IMG/VR virus record: IMGVR_UViG_2061766007_000557
DNA from: an uncultured virus (IMG/VR IMGVR_UViG_2061766007_000557)
Taxonomy: Duplodnaviria > Heunggongvirae > Uroviricota > Caudoviricetes
Reading direction: 5' to 3' (one strand)
DNA: 64,000 nucleotides
Under the pieces are notes generated by a model. That model did no database searches. It was not told where the DNA came from and saw only the letters and a program-made list of their open reading frames with translations. Shown piece by piece: positions 35,622 through 49,500 of the stretch. How positions within the stretch are numbered: the first letter of the stretch is position 1; every line of letters starts with the position of its first letter. The position numbers and the translations under genes were made by a program.

Positions 35622-38600
35622 CATGAATCAAGTACAGAAACCAAATGATATGTTTGTGGCGCATTTAAGTGCGCCCCAAGCAAGTCTTTTAGATTTGCTT
35701 CAAAATAATATAAATGCTAGTAATACAGACTTCTTAAAACCAGAAGAATATAAAGAGACGCCGTTTGTTAAAAAACGTTATACTCAAAATAATGTATTCA
35801 ATGAAGAAGCCTTTCTAAATGATTATTTAGCTGCTTATGAAAAATTTGCAGAATTAACTAATGATCAAGCATTTAAAAATTTAGAAAACGATTTGGAGTA
35901 TAGTCCTAGTGATAGATTTAGACCAATAAATGGAAAAATCTTTGATACATCTGTATCATATAATAAAATAATTAATCCACTCTAGCAACAATATAGTGTT
36001 TCTGGAATGAATGTAATTAGTGATCCAACTCTTACTAAAGAAGAAGCTGCGCAAAGTAATTTCATTTGGGATCCGGAAACACATTCATTTACTGATAAAA
36101 CTCCAGAAACATTAAGTTTGTGGAAAAAAGCTACTGGCCAAACGTTAGTATATGCAAAATGGGATGAAGATGGAAAACATATTGATCCTATAACAGGAAA
36201 TGAAGTAATACATAGAAAAGGTGATTGGAAGACAGACGCTAATGGTAATTATTATACAGAATATCTTGGTGATCGTGATTTAAGAGATAAATAGGTTGTA
36301 GCGTTACAGGATATTCTTACAAAAGAGGGATCGTGGCTAAATAAAATAGATTTTTATGATTCTGATGATGCAGATAAATCTGCATTCGGTGTTGCAATGA
36401 AAACATTAATGGCAATTGCACCATATTGTATTCCTTATTTTAATACATATTATGCAGGATTTACTACAGTTTTTGGATTGATGTCTGTGATGCCTACTTT
36501 TTATAAAGCTATGGATGGTGTATTATTTGGAGATGATTCTTCTATAACAAATAGTACAGCAACAGAATTAGAAAACTGGTTTAGAAAATTTGATCCTTCT
36601 AGAACACAAAAAGGAAGAGAAAATTTCTGGTCATTAGAAAGTCTTGGAACATTAACCGCTGATGTATTTGCCCAATTATATCAACAGAGAGCTGCTGCAT
36701 CTGTAGCAAAATGGTTTTTAAAAGAACCTAAATTAGCAAAAGAACTAAAAAATGATACCGAAGCAGTACTAAAATTCATGGCTGATAAAGAAGAGTATAT
36801 CAAGAATTTGACAAAATGGCAAGCGAATCTATCTTTAGGATACATGGGTTTAGTTTCTACGGTAGATATATACAATGATTCATTAAATGCTGGTTATGAC
36901 AAACGTACTGCAGGTATTGCTGCATTAGCTTCAGCAGGTGCATTATTTGGCATAATGAATTTTAATGAAACTACTCGTGGTATTGGTACATGGATGCTGA
37001 ATAAAACAACTGGAACTACTAGAGAAACATCTAGAGGTGTTGTAACAAAATCAGTAAAAGAAGTAATGAATAAATTTGCCAAAGGTGTTGAAAAAGCAGG
37101 CAAAGGTGATAAACGTGCTTTAAAAACATCTTTAGCAGAATTTAAAGCAAAAGTTGCAAGTAATCTTGAAGATGCATTAGTTGTCGGAGGCGAAGAATAT
37201 TGGAAAGGCGCTATAGTTGAAGGAGTTGAAGAAGTAACAGAAGAAATGGTTCAAGACACCATTAAAGGTATTATAGATACATTATCATGGTTAGGTTATA
37301 CTCCTACGCAAGGATCGTTTGGTGGATGGGATAATGTATTTAGTAAACAAGGTGCAGAACGGTATTTATAGACGTTTTTTGGCGGTGCTTTTGGTGGAGC
37401 ATTATTTGCAGGATAGTTAAAATTAGAGAGAAAAATCAATCCTGAAAATGCACAAATTTCTCATATTGATAAATCATTACAACAATTATTTATAGAAGGC
37501 CGAGCAGAAGAAGTATTTGCTGAAATGGCAAGATGTAAGAAATATTTTAATGAACAGTTATCTGCTCAACTATATAATGTTGGTGATAAATAGATATCAA
37601 TGTCTGTAAAGGAAGGAGAAAAATCTCAAGCAGATGTTGTATATGATTTAGCAATTGGATACGCAAGAGGATTATATGAACAAACTATGCGAAATGTCGA
37701 TGGTTTGAAATATAATCCAAGACATTATTTAATTTATGAAGCTTTACAGAAAGAATTTGATGCTAGTAAGTTTGATGAAAAATATACATTTAAAAAATGG
37801 GAAAATCTAATTACTGAAATTACTCAAATTCAAAAACGACTTGAAGAAAATAATAAAAAATTAAAAGATTCGGAAACTTCAGAGGATATATAGAAATTAA
37901 TTGATCAAGATCTCGAATTATTACAAGAAAAGCAGCAAGAACTAGAAAATTATCAAAATGGAAAACAGTTTGCAGATAATACTATTGCTGCTTTATTATA
38001 TATGAATCCTGAACTAAGAACAGGATTACTTAATATAGATGTAAAATCTTATGCTCGTGATGTCCTAAACGTTGATTACGATGAATTAAAAAAAGACGGA
38101 AATGACGAATGGACAAAAGATAAAGTAGATGCATAGTTTAAATTAATGAATGATTATAAAGATTCAGAGGGAAATCTCGATGCTTCAAAAGTACTAGTAT
38201 CATTTCCAATGATCATTGAATTGATTAAAAAAACTATGCCAACTATTGCAAATCCTGCTAAAGCATTTATATAGAATGAAAATAATAAATTATGGTTAAA
38301 AACAGCAAGATTTCAAAAAGATAATAATTTAGAATCGGACGTAATTGACCCAATTATTAGATATTTAGCAGAAAATCCAAAATATTGGTCATTGAGCGAT
38401 AAAATAAAATTTGATATTGCCAAATCACTAGAAAAAGATGGTGCAATTGATCTTTTAGCTTTTGATAGGGAAGAACAAGAAGTTTTAAGAGAATTTATAA
38501 ATTATAAAGCGGCTAGAAAAGGCATTAACGTTTGGTCTGTTGCCAATCTTCAAGAATTATTCGCAGAAATAAATAGTGATCTCGATCAGCAAAATCAAGG

Positions 38601-41600
38601 CAATCCGTTTGTATAGAAATTACAAGAACTCCGAGAATAGAAATCTAAAAAGAAAAAGGAATCTAATTCTGAAGAAGGAGCTGTTCTTTCTGCTGAAATA
38701 AATAGAATAGATACAAATAATTTATATAAAGCACAACCTTATACTTAGAATATAAAATTAGCAACTGTTCTTGATTTAATTTCAGAGGACGATGCTTTTG
38801 TTGATACAGAATTGCTTCATATGTTGGAGACAGCATTAACTGAAGAAAGTTCTGAAATATAGAAATCGACAATAATATCTTTATTCAGTAATAATTACTT
38901 ATAGAATATTATAGAAAATAAATATAATCAAGAAATTGTATTTGTAGATCCAGAAGGAAAACAATGGAAAACTAAAGCAAATACTACTGATTTTAGTAAA
39001 ATGGATTCTTCTAATGTTGCTGAATATCTTATAAAATTAGAACAATTATTAAAAGATATCTCTACTTTAACATCTGATGATGGATTAAAATATCCTGTAG
39101 ATGAAAACGTATTGGCAATGAAATCATAGGCTATGCAAGGATATGAATTTAAAGATGATATTAATGCTTTATCAGAATTAATATCAGCATTGACAAATAC
39201 TGGATTATCTGAAGAATATCAGAAAAAATGGGATATTATTAGGCAAAAAGCTGCTCAAGAAAATCCATTACTTTCTATAATAAAAAATATAGCTCATAAA
39301 GTTGGTGTAAATAGAGATGATGTTTTAACATGGCTTTTCTAGAAAGAATCTGATATAAGATCTGGAGGATCACTTCAACTAGGAACAATAGATTAGGAAG
39401 TAATACATGACATTGAAAAAGTATTAAACTTTGTAGGTGCTATGCTCACTGCAATGACAGAAACAACAGAGTCAGATTATGATAAAGCATTTTTAACAAA
39501 CATACTTCCTGTTAGTATAAATTCTATATTAAGAAATTATTATAAGTTATACGAAGATGAATCTCAGGCAGAAATGTTTCCTGTTTTTTCTGCAGCCGAA
39601 ATGGATATTGTACGAGAAACTTTAAGACAATTTGCTGAAAAATTAGATACTTTGTCTGCTATAAGTCAAGAATCAGTAGAAAATGACGAAAGAAAAGATA
39701 CTATAGCAAGAACTAATTTTAGAAATAACATTCTAAAATCTTTACAAAAAACTATTAAAGTAAACGGCGTAGAATTGCCAATAGTGCCAATTTCTGTTGA
39801 CGTGGATGAAATAGAAAATAAAGAGGCGTATGTTATTGAATGTTTACACGGATTTCATAAATTAGTAAGAGAAAATATTGATTCTAAAAAGTTTACATAT
39901 ACTGAATTACTAACAGAACTTGTCGAAGAATTTAGTAAAGATTGTAAAGATGGAGAAAATATTTTTGATACAGATAGAACTATTATAGAAGCTTGCTATA
40001 AGGATGGAATTTCGCCAGCTTTAACTCTTGAGTTTTTATTACAAGCAATCGCTATTGATCAAAAAACATTAAATCAGAGATATGCAAAAGTTCTTGCTGA
40101 TAAAGAATTAATGCCCAGATTTGATCAAGAATTAATAATTAAATCTTTAATTGCAAGATCAAATCAAAAAGGGAAAGAAATATATAGAACAGCATTAGAG
40201 TTAATACATTAGAAATTTAAAGATAAATTATCTGATTTAAAAATAAATGATAAAGCTCCTGCATACGATCTTGTATTTATTCCAGGAGGAGCTGGTGTTG
40301 GTAAATCGACGGCAATTAAATTAGCTATCGGTGCAGCAAAACCAAAATAGATAATAATTGCGGCACCTACTGAAGACAAAGTAAAAGATTTAAATAAAGA
40401 ATTATCAACAGATTCTGAAATAGTTATTAATAAAGATGCTGGTGGAATTCTTCCAAAAGTTTTAGGTGAAAATTTAGGAACTGCCGGGGAATTATACAGA
40501 CAAGCTGTTCAGGAATCATTAAAAAAGATAATTGAAACATCAGAGCCTGGTAAAGCTAGTATAGAAAAAGGAAGCGTTAAAATAAATGGAAAAGAAATTA
40601 AGTTTAAGATTGAAGTTGATGCTGATAAAATTGTTAAAAACATAGAAATAATATCAGATGATAGTATTTTTACACAACTTGTTGAAGAAGAATATGATTC
40701 TAAAGTTTTTGGAAAAGACAATCTTTTAATAATAGACGAAGCTTCTCATTTAGATTAGTTGACTTTGAAATTATTAAATGCTATATCTAAATCTGAAAAA
40801 CTAGGATGTAATATTTGGTTAGCTGGTGATGTAAATCAGATAGGAACTTCGTTTAAATTAACTGGTATTGATTTACAATTCAATATTCAAAATTTCTTTG
40901 TTCACAGATTGCATAAATTATCAGGAGCAAATAGATTTAAAAATAATGCAAAACCATATAATTTACAAAGATTAGAAAAATTTGTAAATAAATTTACACA
41001 ATTATTCTCATTTCACGAAATTACTGATGACGATAATGTAGAATTTAAATCTATTGTTAACGCTGGATTTAAATATAATAATTTAATGGGTGATAGAATA
41101 ACTTCAAATCAATCCGAATTTGCAGAATCATTAAAAGAATTAGTAAATGCAGCAAATAATGGAAAATCGATTGTAGTTATTTATGATGATTCTACTCCTG
41201 ATGATAAAGAAAAAATAAAGAAAATATTATCAGATGCAGGACTTAAGAAGACGATAGTAGATTCTGATATTTATTTCTCTTTAAAAAATGTTCAAGGAAA
41301 AGAAGCAGATCTTTCTATTATATATAATATAAAATCTGAGAATGTTGATCCGAGAGGGTTAAACGTAGACATAGATGCTTAGAAATTATATACAGCATTA
41401 TCAAGAAGTAAAGATTTTTCTCTAATGTATGAAGATATTCCAGACGGATTGATTACTAAATATAATATTACAAGTTATCTCGATTCTAATGTTAGTGAAT
41501 ATACAAAAGACTTAAGTATATATAAAAGAAAATCTAACGATAGATCTGCAGAATTAAAAACATTGTCTGATCAGTTAGAATCAATTGAACCTGAAAAAGT

Positions 41601-43527
41601 AGAAATAACAGAAGAAGATGAGACAGATGGTGATGAGCCTGGATCAGATCCTGAAAATCCAGAAGATGAAGATAACCATCTTTTAAATCCATCAGATGAT
41701 AAATCAGACAAAATTGATGATAGAATTCCTTCTAAAGATGATTTTAAAGATGCAGTGTTAATCTATGGATATTATCTTAGATTGGGAATTAGCCGAGATC
41801 AAATGGAAAAACTTAAAAAATTATCTACTCTTGATGAAGTAGATAAATTTATGTAGAAAGCATTTGACGATAGTACAAGAGAAGATCAAAATAGAGATTT
41901 ATTACAATTCTGGGCCATTAATAAAGGAAAATATAATTCTGGATCTAGTTTAATAATTGATTTCGTAAAGAAACGAAACGAGTTATTTTATACAATTGAT
42001 GAAAAAGATAAAATTGGTATAAATATTAAAGAAAATAATTCTAGAGATGGAAAAGATTTTCCATATTTAAAACCGAACGATCATCCTGAAAAAGAAGGAG
42101 AAAGTGGTTTCCCGTTAACTTCTGTCATAAAAAATAGAGGACAATATAATATCACAATGTTCAGATGCGGTATTAATATTGAAAATGGAAATTACGTATG
42201 GTCTAAAATACTTTCAGATTGGCAAGATAAATTTAAAACATCTGGTGAATTAACATACTGGCTTCCAAAACCGCAACAAACAAACAGGGCTGAAAAATAT
42301 ATAAAAGAGCGTAAAATAAACAGTAATAAAATATAGACAATATTAGATTATTATAAAAATTATGGAATTCTTTTATATACTGGAATTAATAATTTAACAA
42401 TTGACGGATCGAATAAATCTAATCTAAATCTTATTACTGGAGAAGATGCTAAAATGCAATTAGAATCATTTGATAGAATGATGTTAAGTGATTTTGAAGC
42501 GTTAGGATTTGAATTAATACCGTTTGATATTAAGAAATATAAAGGAAAGGGTATTAATCCAGTAAAAGCTGCATTAAATTCATTTAGATTAAACGATATA
42601 GCATCAGGTGATTTTACGAATTTAAATAATAAAATATGGATGTTTGTTAGGCCAATTGGAACAAATTTTACTCCAAATGTAAATGATAATAGTATGTTTT
42701 CGCACATTATAATGATTCAATAGATTTAGAAAAATAAATCGATATATGATACTTTATCAGATAAATCATTTATGACTCCTATGCAAGCTAAATCTATAAT
42801 GCAATACATTTAGTACAAATTAGGTTTAGAACACTATTGGACGAATATACCTACTGAATTAAAAGAAAACAAAACTGTTATTAATACAAAAGCTGTAAAC
42901 AAATGGATAGAAGCTAGAGATAAATTTGTGCAAGCAATTCGTAAATCAAAAAATACTATAGAAATTGCCGGAAAACAAATCGATAATCAAAAGCTTGCAG
43001 ACGAAATAAACACGTTTTTAGATAATTATTTAAAAATAGACGGAGACAAATTACAATTTTCTTCTAAAGCGGCATTAAATAAAAATTATAAACTAATTAC
43101 AGATATAATTAAAGACAGTAAAGGATTTGCCTTTGATTATATAGAGGAATATCACGAAGATGCTAAAGATACATATGTTGTAACCAGAGCATTTGAACCA
43201 CCACGTGCTATTTTGGATTTTGCTGCATTTAATTTGTCTGGTATTGAAGGCGTATCACTTGCGCCAAAATTAGTAGAGGATCAGCCTATGCAAGCTCCTA
43301 AGCCGAAAATTGAAGACTCTGAATCTGATCTCGCTAAAACTCCAGAACAACAATTTGTAGAAAGATATAAAAGAGGTGAAGATGTTGAAACACTATTTGA
43401 TGAATTATTTCCAGGATAGTTTGCTGATAATTTACTAGAAACGTTAGATTCTAATTCAGCATCACTTGGTATAAGTGAAGAAGATGTAATAAATATAAGT
43501 AATGACCTAAGCACTAAATGTGAGTGA
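35611..43527 (+). CDS. Giant virion protein (~2638 aa) with hydrophobic N-terminal segments and an SF1 helicase-like domain
   Basis: All + fragments in one frame to TGA 43525-43527. Motifs GGAGVGKST, IIDEASH, LAGDVNQ, VQGKEAD, LYTALSR. The start could alternatively be 35623. Confidence 0.8.
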
Positions 43528-43531
43528 CAGT

Positions 43532-46500
43532 ATGGCAAAAAACAATTGTAACATTAAATGGAATAGATACTCAAGCGCTGAACTTGAGTATCTATCCGCT
43601 ATTTAGAAAAACTCTCAATCTACAGACGATTTGATAAATTTCGTTAGAGAATATCTAATCAATTCAAAATTTGAAGGTGGAGGAACATTGAATATATACG
43701 ATGTTAAAAGATTGTTAGATAATACAATAAAAAAATTAGATTTGTCCGAAGAAAAAAAATCTATTATAAACTTTGTAAAGAATAATCTAGAATCTATAAC
43801 TCCTCAATATGATTGTAAGATAGTGCAAGATAGCAACGCATCATTTAATTTTGAGCAAACCGATCAATTGATTCCATTGCTCGATGCAACAACAAATGCT
43901 TATATACGTACAAGATTAGAGAATGAAATATTCGCAGCATGCGTATATAATGATGAGACTGGATATACTTCTCCGAATCAAATTGCTCTTGCACTTAAAG
44001 GATTAAAAAATAGATTATTTTTAATATTAAAATAGGATATAGGCGAAGATGCTACAAATCTATACAGTATATTAAAGGACGAATATAATTATGAGTAGTA
44101 TCAACTTGTAATGAATAAAATCTGGGAAAAATATAAAAATGAAAATTTAAAAAATAGACCGTTAACTTCCACAACAGAACATGTATTACAAGTACTTGAA
44201 GCATTTTATATATTAAATAATTTTGATGATTTTGTATCACATTTTGGTGAAAATATAATTGAAACAAAACAATCTAAATCAGGAAATATGGAAATTTCTG
44301 ATGATAAATATAGATTGTTTGAACAACATAAAGTAAGTTCATCATATAACGGCGATCATCATGATCAAGATTCTAGCAAACAGTTTGGAAAATTATTTAG
44401 ACGTTTCTGGAGCACAATTCCTAATGGAAATTTTGGATTTTTGTCACAAGCTGATTTTAATCAATTGTGTAAATTCATAAATATTTCTATAAACGAGCAA
44501 AATGTAAACTGGGCATTTTTATTTGATCCTCTTTCTACCGATATAGATTATACAGAATCACTTGCTGATAGTTTTATATCTGCGTTAAATAACGACTGGT
44601 ATTTAAAAAAACGTATGGGATATGAAGGTGAAAAAATGATCAGTGAGATCATTCGTAGATTGGAAAAATGTAAAGATTATTATAAAACAATTATTAACCG
44701 GCAAAGAACAATTACTGATGAATTTACATTAGAAAATAATGTTAATTTTATACAACAGTTAAAATCAGAAATAGAATCTAATACAAATAATACATTTGTA
44801 TCAGTAAACGAAGATGGAAATACGGAAATAAAATCTGCAACTAGAATTACAATATCGAAAGAACCAATTATTACAAGATTACAGAGGTCTTTATCTGAAA
44901 ATTTAAAAAATAAAAATTATGCTATATATAATCCTACTATTTTAACTAATCTTCAAGGGTCTTATTTATATGATGATAAATTCCTACAAATGGTTAGAGA
45001 AATAACAGGATTAAATTTTTCGAGAGAATCATTAGATAGATTCTTTGATTCTTAGGAAAATCAGCAAGCATTATTTAATTTCATTTGGTCGTTTACAGAA
45101 GATGTAAATACAGAGTTGATACCAGCTATTAGAGAAGATTCAAAAAATATGGATAAATTAATTCAAGATTTCATTAATAATTTAAAAATGAAATCTTAGC
45201 CATATCTTGATTTTTCTAGTATTTATATATCTTCTAATAGAAATGATACAATAAAAATATTGGACCAAAATAATAATACTTAGCCGTTATATGCTACCCC
45301 TAATACATCAAGACGTTTTGGTAAAAACTTAAAAGATTATAAAAAACAAAGAGAATTAAGAATTGGAGGTGCAATAGATCCTAAAATTATTGAACATATA
45401 ACAAGAGATATAGTTAGACCTATACAAAACATATATATAAAATTCCCAAAATTAGTTCAAGCGTCTTCTTATAAAGGTAAATTAAATGCTAATAAATATA
45501 TAGAACATATTGCATTTAGACAAGATGTTTCTTATACTGATTCTGATGGAAATAAAAGAGTATTAAAAGCAGTAGAAATGAATCCTTCTGAAATTCTTAC
45601 TGTTGCTTTTAATAACGAATTCTTTGACAGTATTGTTTCTCAGGGAACTTTTTATAATCAAACAGAATGTTACTCTGATAAAGTAACAATTGCACTAGCA
45701 GCAATTAATGTACTTGCGGAATTACAAGATGATAAATATAAAGGATGTATTATCGATTTAGATCCAAAAGATCTAAAAGAAATATGGTCGTCTCAACACG
45801 ATGATTATTATCGAGCAGTAAGAGGTAAAATATTAGGCAATCTTAATAAAGTATTTGGTACTAGAGATATAATAGATTTAGATGTTTTAATTAATAAATT
45901 AGAACATACAAAATACGACGATTTTAAAAGATTAGTGTCTAAATATAATAGAGAGCATCCTGATGATCATATTGAAGTTACTGAAGAAATTGATTATTGT
46001 AAAGGAAACAACGGATATTGCGCTTTTAATAATGCTCTGTATTTTCATATAAAAGGAATTGATGACAAAACATATATAAATAAATATTTAAAAGAAGGGT
46101 ATAATACTTTTAAAGATGCTTTAAGTAGTATAAAAATTCCAAGTAAATTTAAGAATTCTTTTTATATAAAATAGAATATAGAAATTCTCGCAAAATTATT
46201 TGGTTTAGATATTTCTACTGAACCAAAAGAAAAAGAAGCTATATCTAAATTAGAAGAATTTTTTGATATTAAAAATCCAGATTCTACAAAAACCTGGGTA
46301 GATGGATCTAGTTTATCAAATTATTTATTAAATAAATATTTTATTTTACAAGCATTAGTAACAGATGCCGAATTGCAAATTTCCGGAAAAAGATCTGAAA
46401 TTCATAAAGGTAAAAAAGTAAAACCTCTTGCTCTAACAAAAACAGATTCAAATGGTAATGTAACAAGTGTAGAAATAGACGATATTTACGAGCATATTAA

Positions 46501-49500
46501 AGAAGAAATTCAAGATAGATTAGTTGCTGGTAAAAAGCGTAATAATGCGTTTGTAGCTTCATATTTACCACAATCTGTTACTCAAAAAGGAGGTGTTGGA
46601 AAAACTGGAAGAATTGCTGTAGTAGAATCTAAAAAGCATACTTTCCAAAATTATAATTATCAAACTAATGATGGACAAGATGTATTAGATGGTTCTTGTA
46701 AGACATTAGGAATTGCTGTAAGATGGGAAAATTTAAGTTACCCTGGAAAAACGGTAACCGGTGTTAAGAAAACAATCGGACTAATTCCTACTTTAACGTC
46801 AATGCAACAATTTAAATTAGCTGATTATCCACTTGATAATAAGGCAATCATAATGTCATTTGCACAGAATGAAGAACAGGGCCAAGATTTGAGGAATCAG
46901 GCTAAAAAAATGATGTTACCTGGTATATTTACAGAAAGTTTTTATAAAGCATTTACAAATAAAAATAGACGCCAATTTGGTAGATCTTTATGTAAATATT
47001 TTGGAAAAAATGTTTATGAATTAACTGCTTTTGAAAAATTAAATGAAGATCCTAACGATCATCAATTTACTTTAGTTTGGCAAGGAGCTGACGATTCTAG
47101 TTTAACTCCAATTACAAAAACTGTTACAATAAATAATGCTTATGATTTATGGGAAGCGTTTGGAGCTGAACATACTATTGAAAATATAGATGGTAATTGG
47201 ATGCCATCTAATAATTCAATGGATATGATTGCAGATATTATTTCTGAATACGATCCAATTGTTAAGACAACAATTATTAGCAAATTAGCGGATGTTAGCT
47301 GTAATAAATCAGGTATTACAAATATAAATATATTAGATGATGTTAATGATCTTAATACACCATTAAATTTTACAGAAATAGACAATTCTCGTTGGGGACT
47401 ACAACAAGATTATTCACATGAATCTGACGAATCAACAATTCCATCACTTACCCAAGTATTATCATCTATTGGATTAAATGGTAAAAATATAAAATTTGTT
47501 TAGAGAGCTTATGAAGTGTTGTCACAAATAACACTTATGAGAGCAAATGAACTTGGTATAAAATATAATGGAACTAAAGAAGATGAAATTAAGTTCTATC
47601 GAAAAACAGTAAAAATGCTTGTAGATAGTCTTGAATCATCTTCTACTTCAATCAGCGATTCTGTCACACAAATTAAGAAAGCACAATAGATTTTGGAAGA
47701 AGCTGGGAAAGATAAATTAACAGAAATTCCAGAAAATGGAAAAGTGCCATTTAGTTCTCCTGATATATTTTATAAATTAGCTAGTGATTTTATATCTTTA
47801 CTCAATAAAAAATCTATTAGATAGACATATAATGGTATTGCTATAATTCAAAATCCATCTCATAGTGTTGTTGGAGTATATGAAGACAATCGAGGTAATA
47901 CATATTTTTCGTGGCAAATTAGAGAAATAGGTAGACAAGATCCTAGAGTAAACGAAAATACTACAGAAGCAGAAATTTTACAATATGGATTAGAAGATCC
48001 TAGATTTAATGAAAGGAGTTTCTTAACAGAAGGAAGACCTTTAACATTAGCAGATCTTGATTTGGAAGATTCTTATAGAATAGAAATTGTTGACAATCTT
48101 GGAAATATAGTAAAAACATCTAAAAGAGATGTAATAAAATCGGGTAAAATAAATTCTGCAGAAGATTTATTTAAATTAGAAGACTACTTAAAAAGAGCGT
48201 TATCTTTCTGGAAATGGGCTACAGGTGATGAGAAAGTCAGCTATAGAATATTTAAAACATTTAAAGGTCAGCGAAATCTCAAAGGACCAATTCTTAAGTT
48301 TACTGAAAACGGTATAAAAAAGAATTTCTGGCTTACAGAAGCTGTTCGAATGAGAAGAGCTGCAGAAATGTCTGGAGATACAAAAGAAATTTTAAGATCT
48401 CTTGAATATTATAGAGCTAATTTAGATGGTCTTGGTAGTGAAAATCCATATTATTATGCTACTTACGCTGATTTTATAGCTGGAAAGGAAGAAAATAAAA
48501 CATATGTTAATAATGTAGAATTTCAACCAGGTGAACAAATATTGCCAAAAGTAAATAAATCTGCTCAATATTTAGGAAATACTGCTTTATCTGATATTAT
48601 TAATCAAGGTCCTAGTTATTTTTACGGACAGGCTGATAGACAAATTGCTAAAACAAACAAACTGTCTATAAGTTCTGTAAGTGAAAGTGGGCAACTTACA
48701 TTTAATGGTAATCTAATAGTTACTGCTGTTAGAAATGATGATGAAATTGTTTATACTGATCAACCTTTTGTACAAAATCAAGAACAAGTTACAACTGAGC
48801 TTTTAGGAGGAAATAATGTAACTTTAAAAGATGGTATTTGGTACAGAGATGACTTTGGACATGATTTATTTAAAGTTCCGTCAGAGAATTCTAAAGTATA
48901 TAAAATTTCTTCTAATTCAAAAACTGTATATATTATAAATGATACATTAGAAAATATTCAAGGATCTATTGTAGACTGTCTATTTGACCTAAGTGGTGTA
49001 AATGCTGTTTATCAAGAAATGTCATCCAGAGATTTAGGATTAAGTACTGGAGCATTACGTGCATTAAATAATGGCATAGATACAGATTCTTCAATAGAAT
49101 TAGAAAAATTCAAACAAGAATATGCACAAAAATTATATGATAGTTTTGTATTAAGTAATTATACTATTTCGGCACGTATTCCGTCGCAATCATTCCAATC
49201 GTTTATGGCTAATAAAACTATTGGATTTACTTTAGATGATTTAAATAACGGATATGTAAATTTACATGAAGTATGGTTTACAGGATCTGATTATGACATT
49301 GATAAATTATATACAATGCTATATTCGTTAGATAAAAACGGATGTATTGCAACACCCTCTCCTTTTAGTATAATTCGCTCTCCTAAATTATTAAAAGAAT
49401 CATTATCATTACCGTTACCTAATAGTAATAGGATTATTCGAGTTGATAAAGAAGATAATGTAAGTGCACAATTATTAACTATTTGTAAGAAATATACAGG

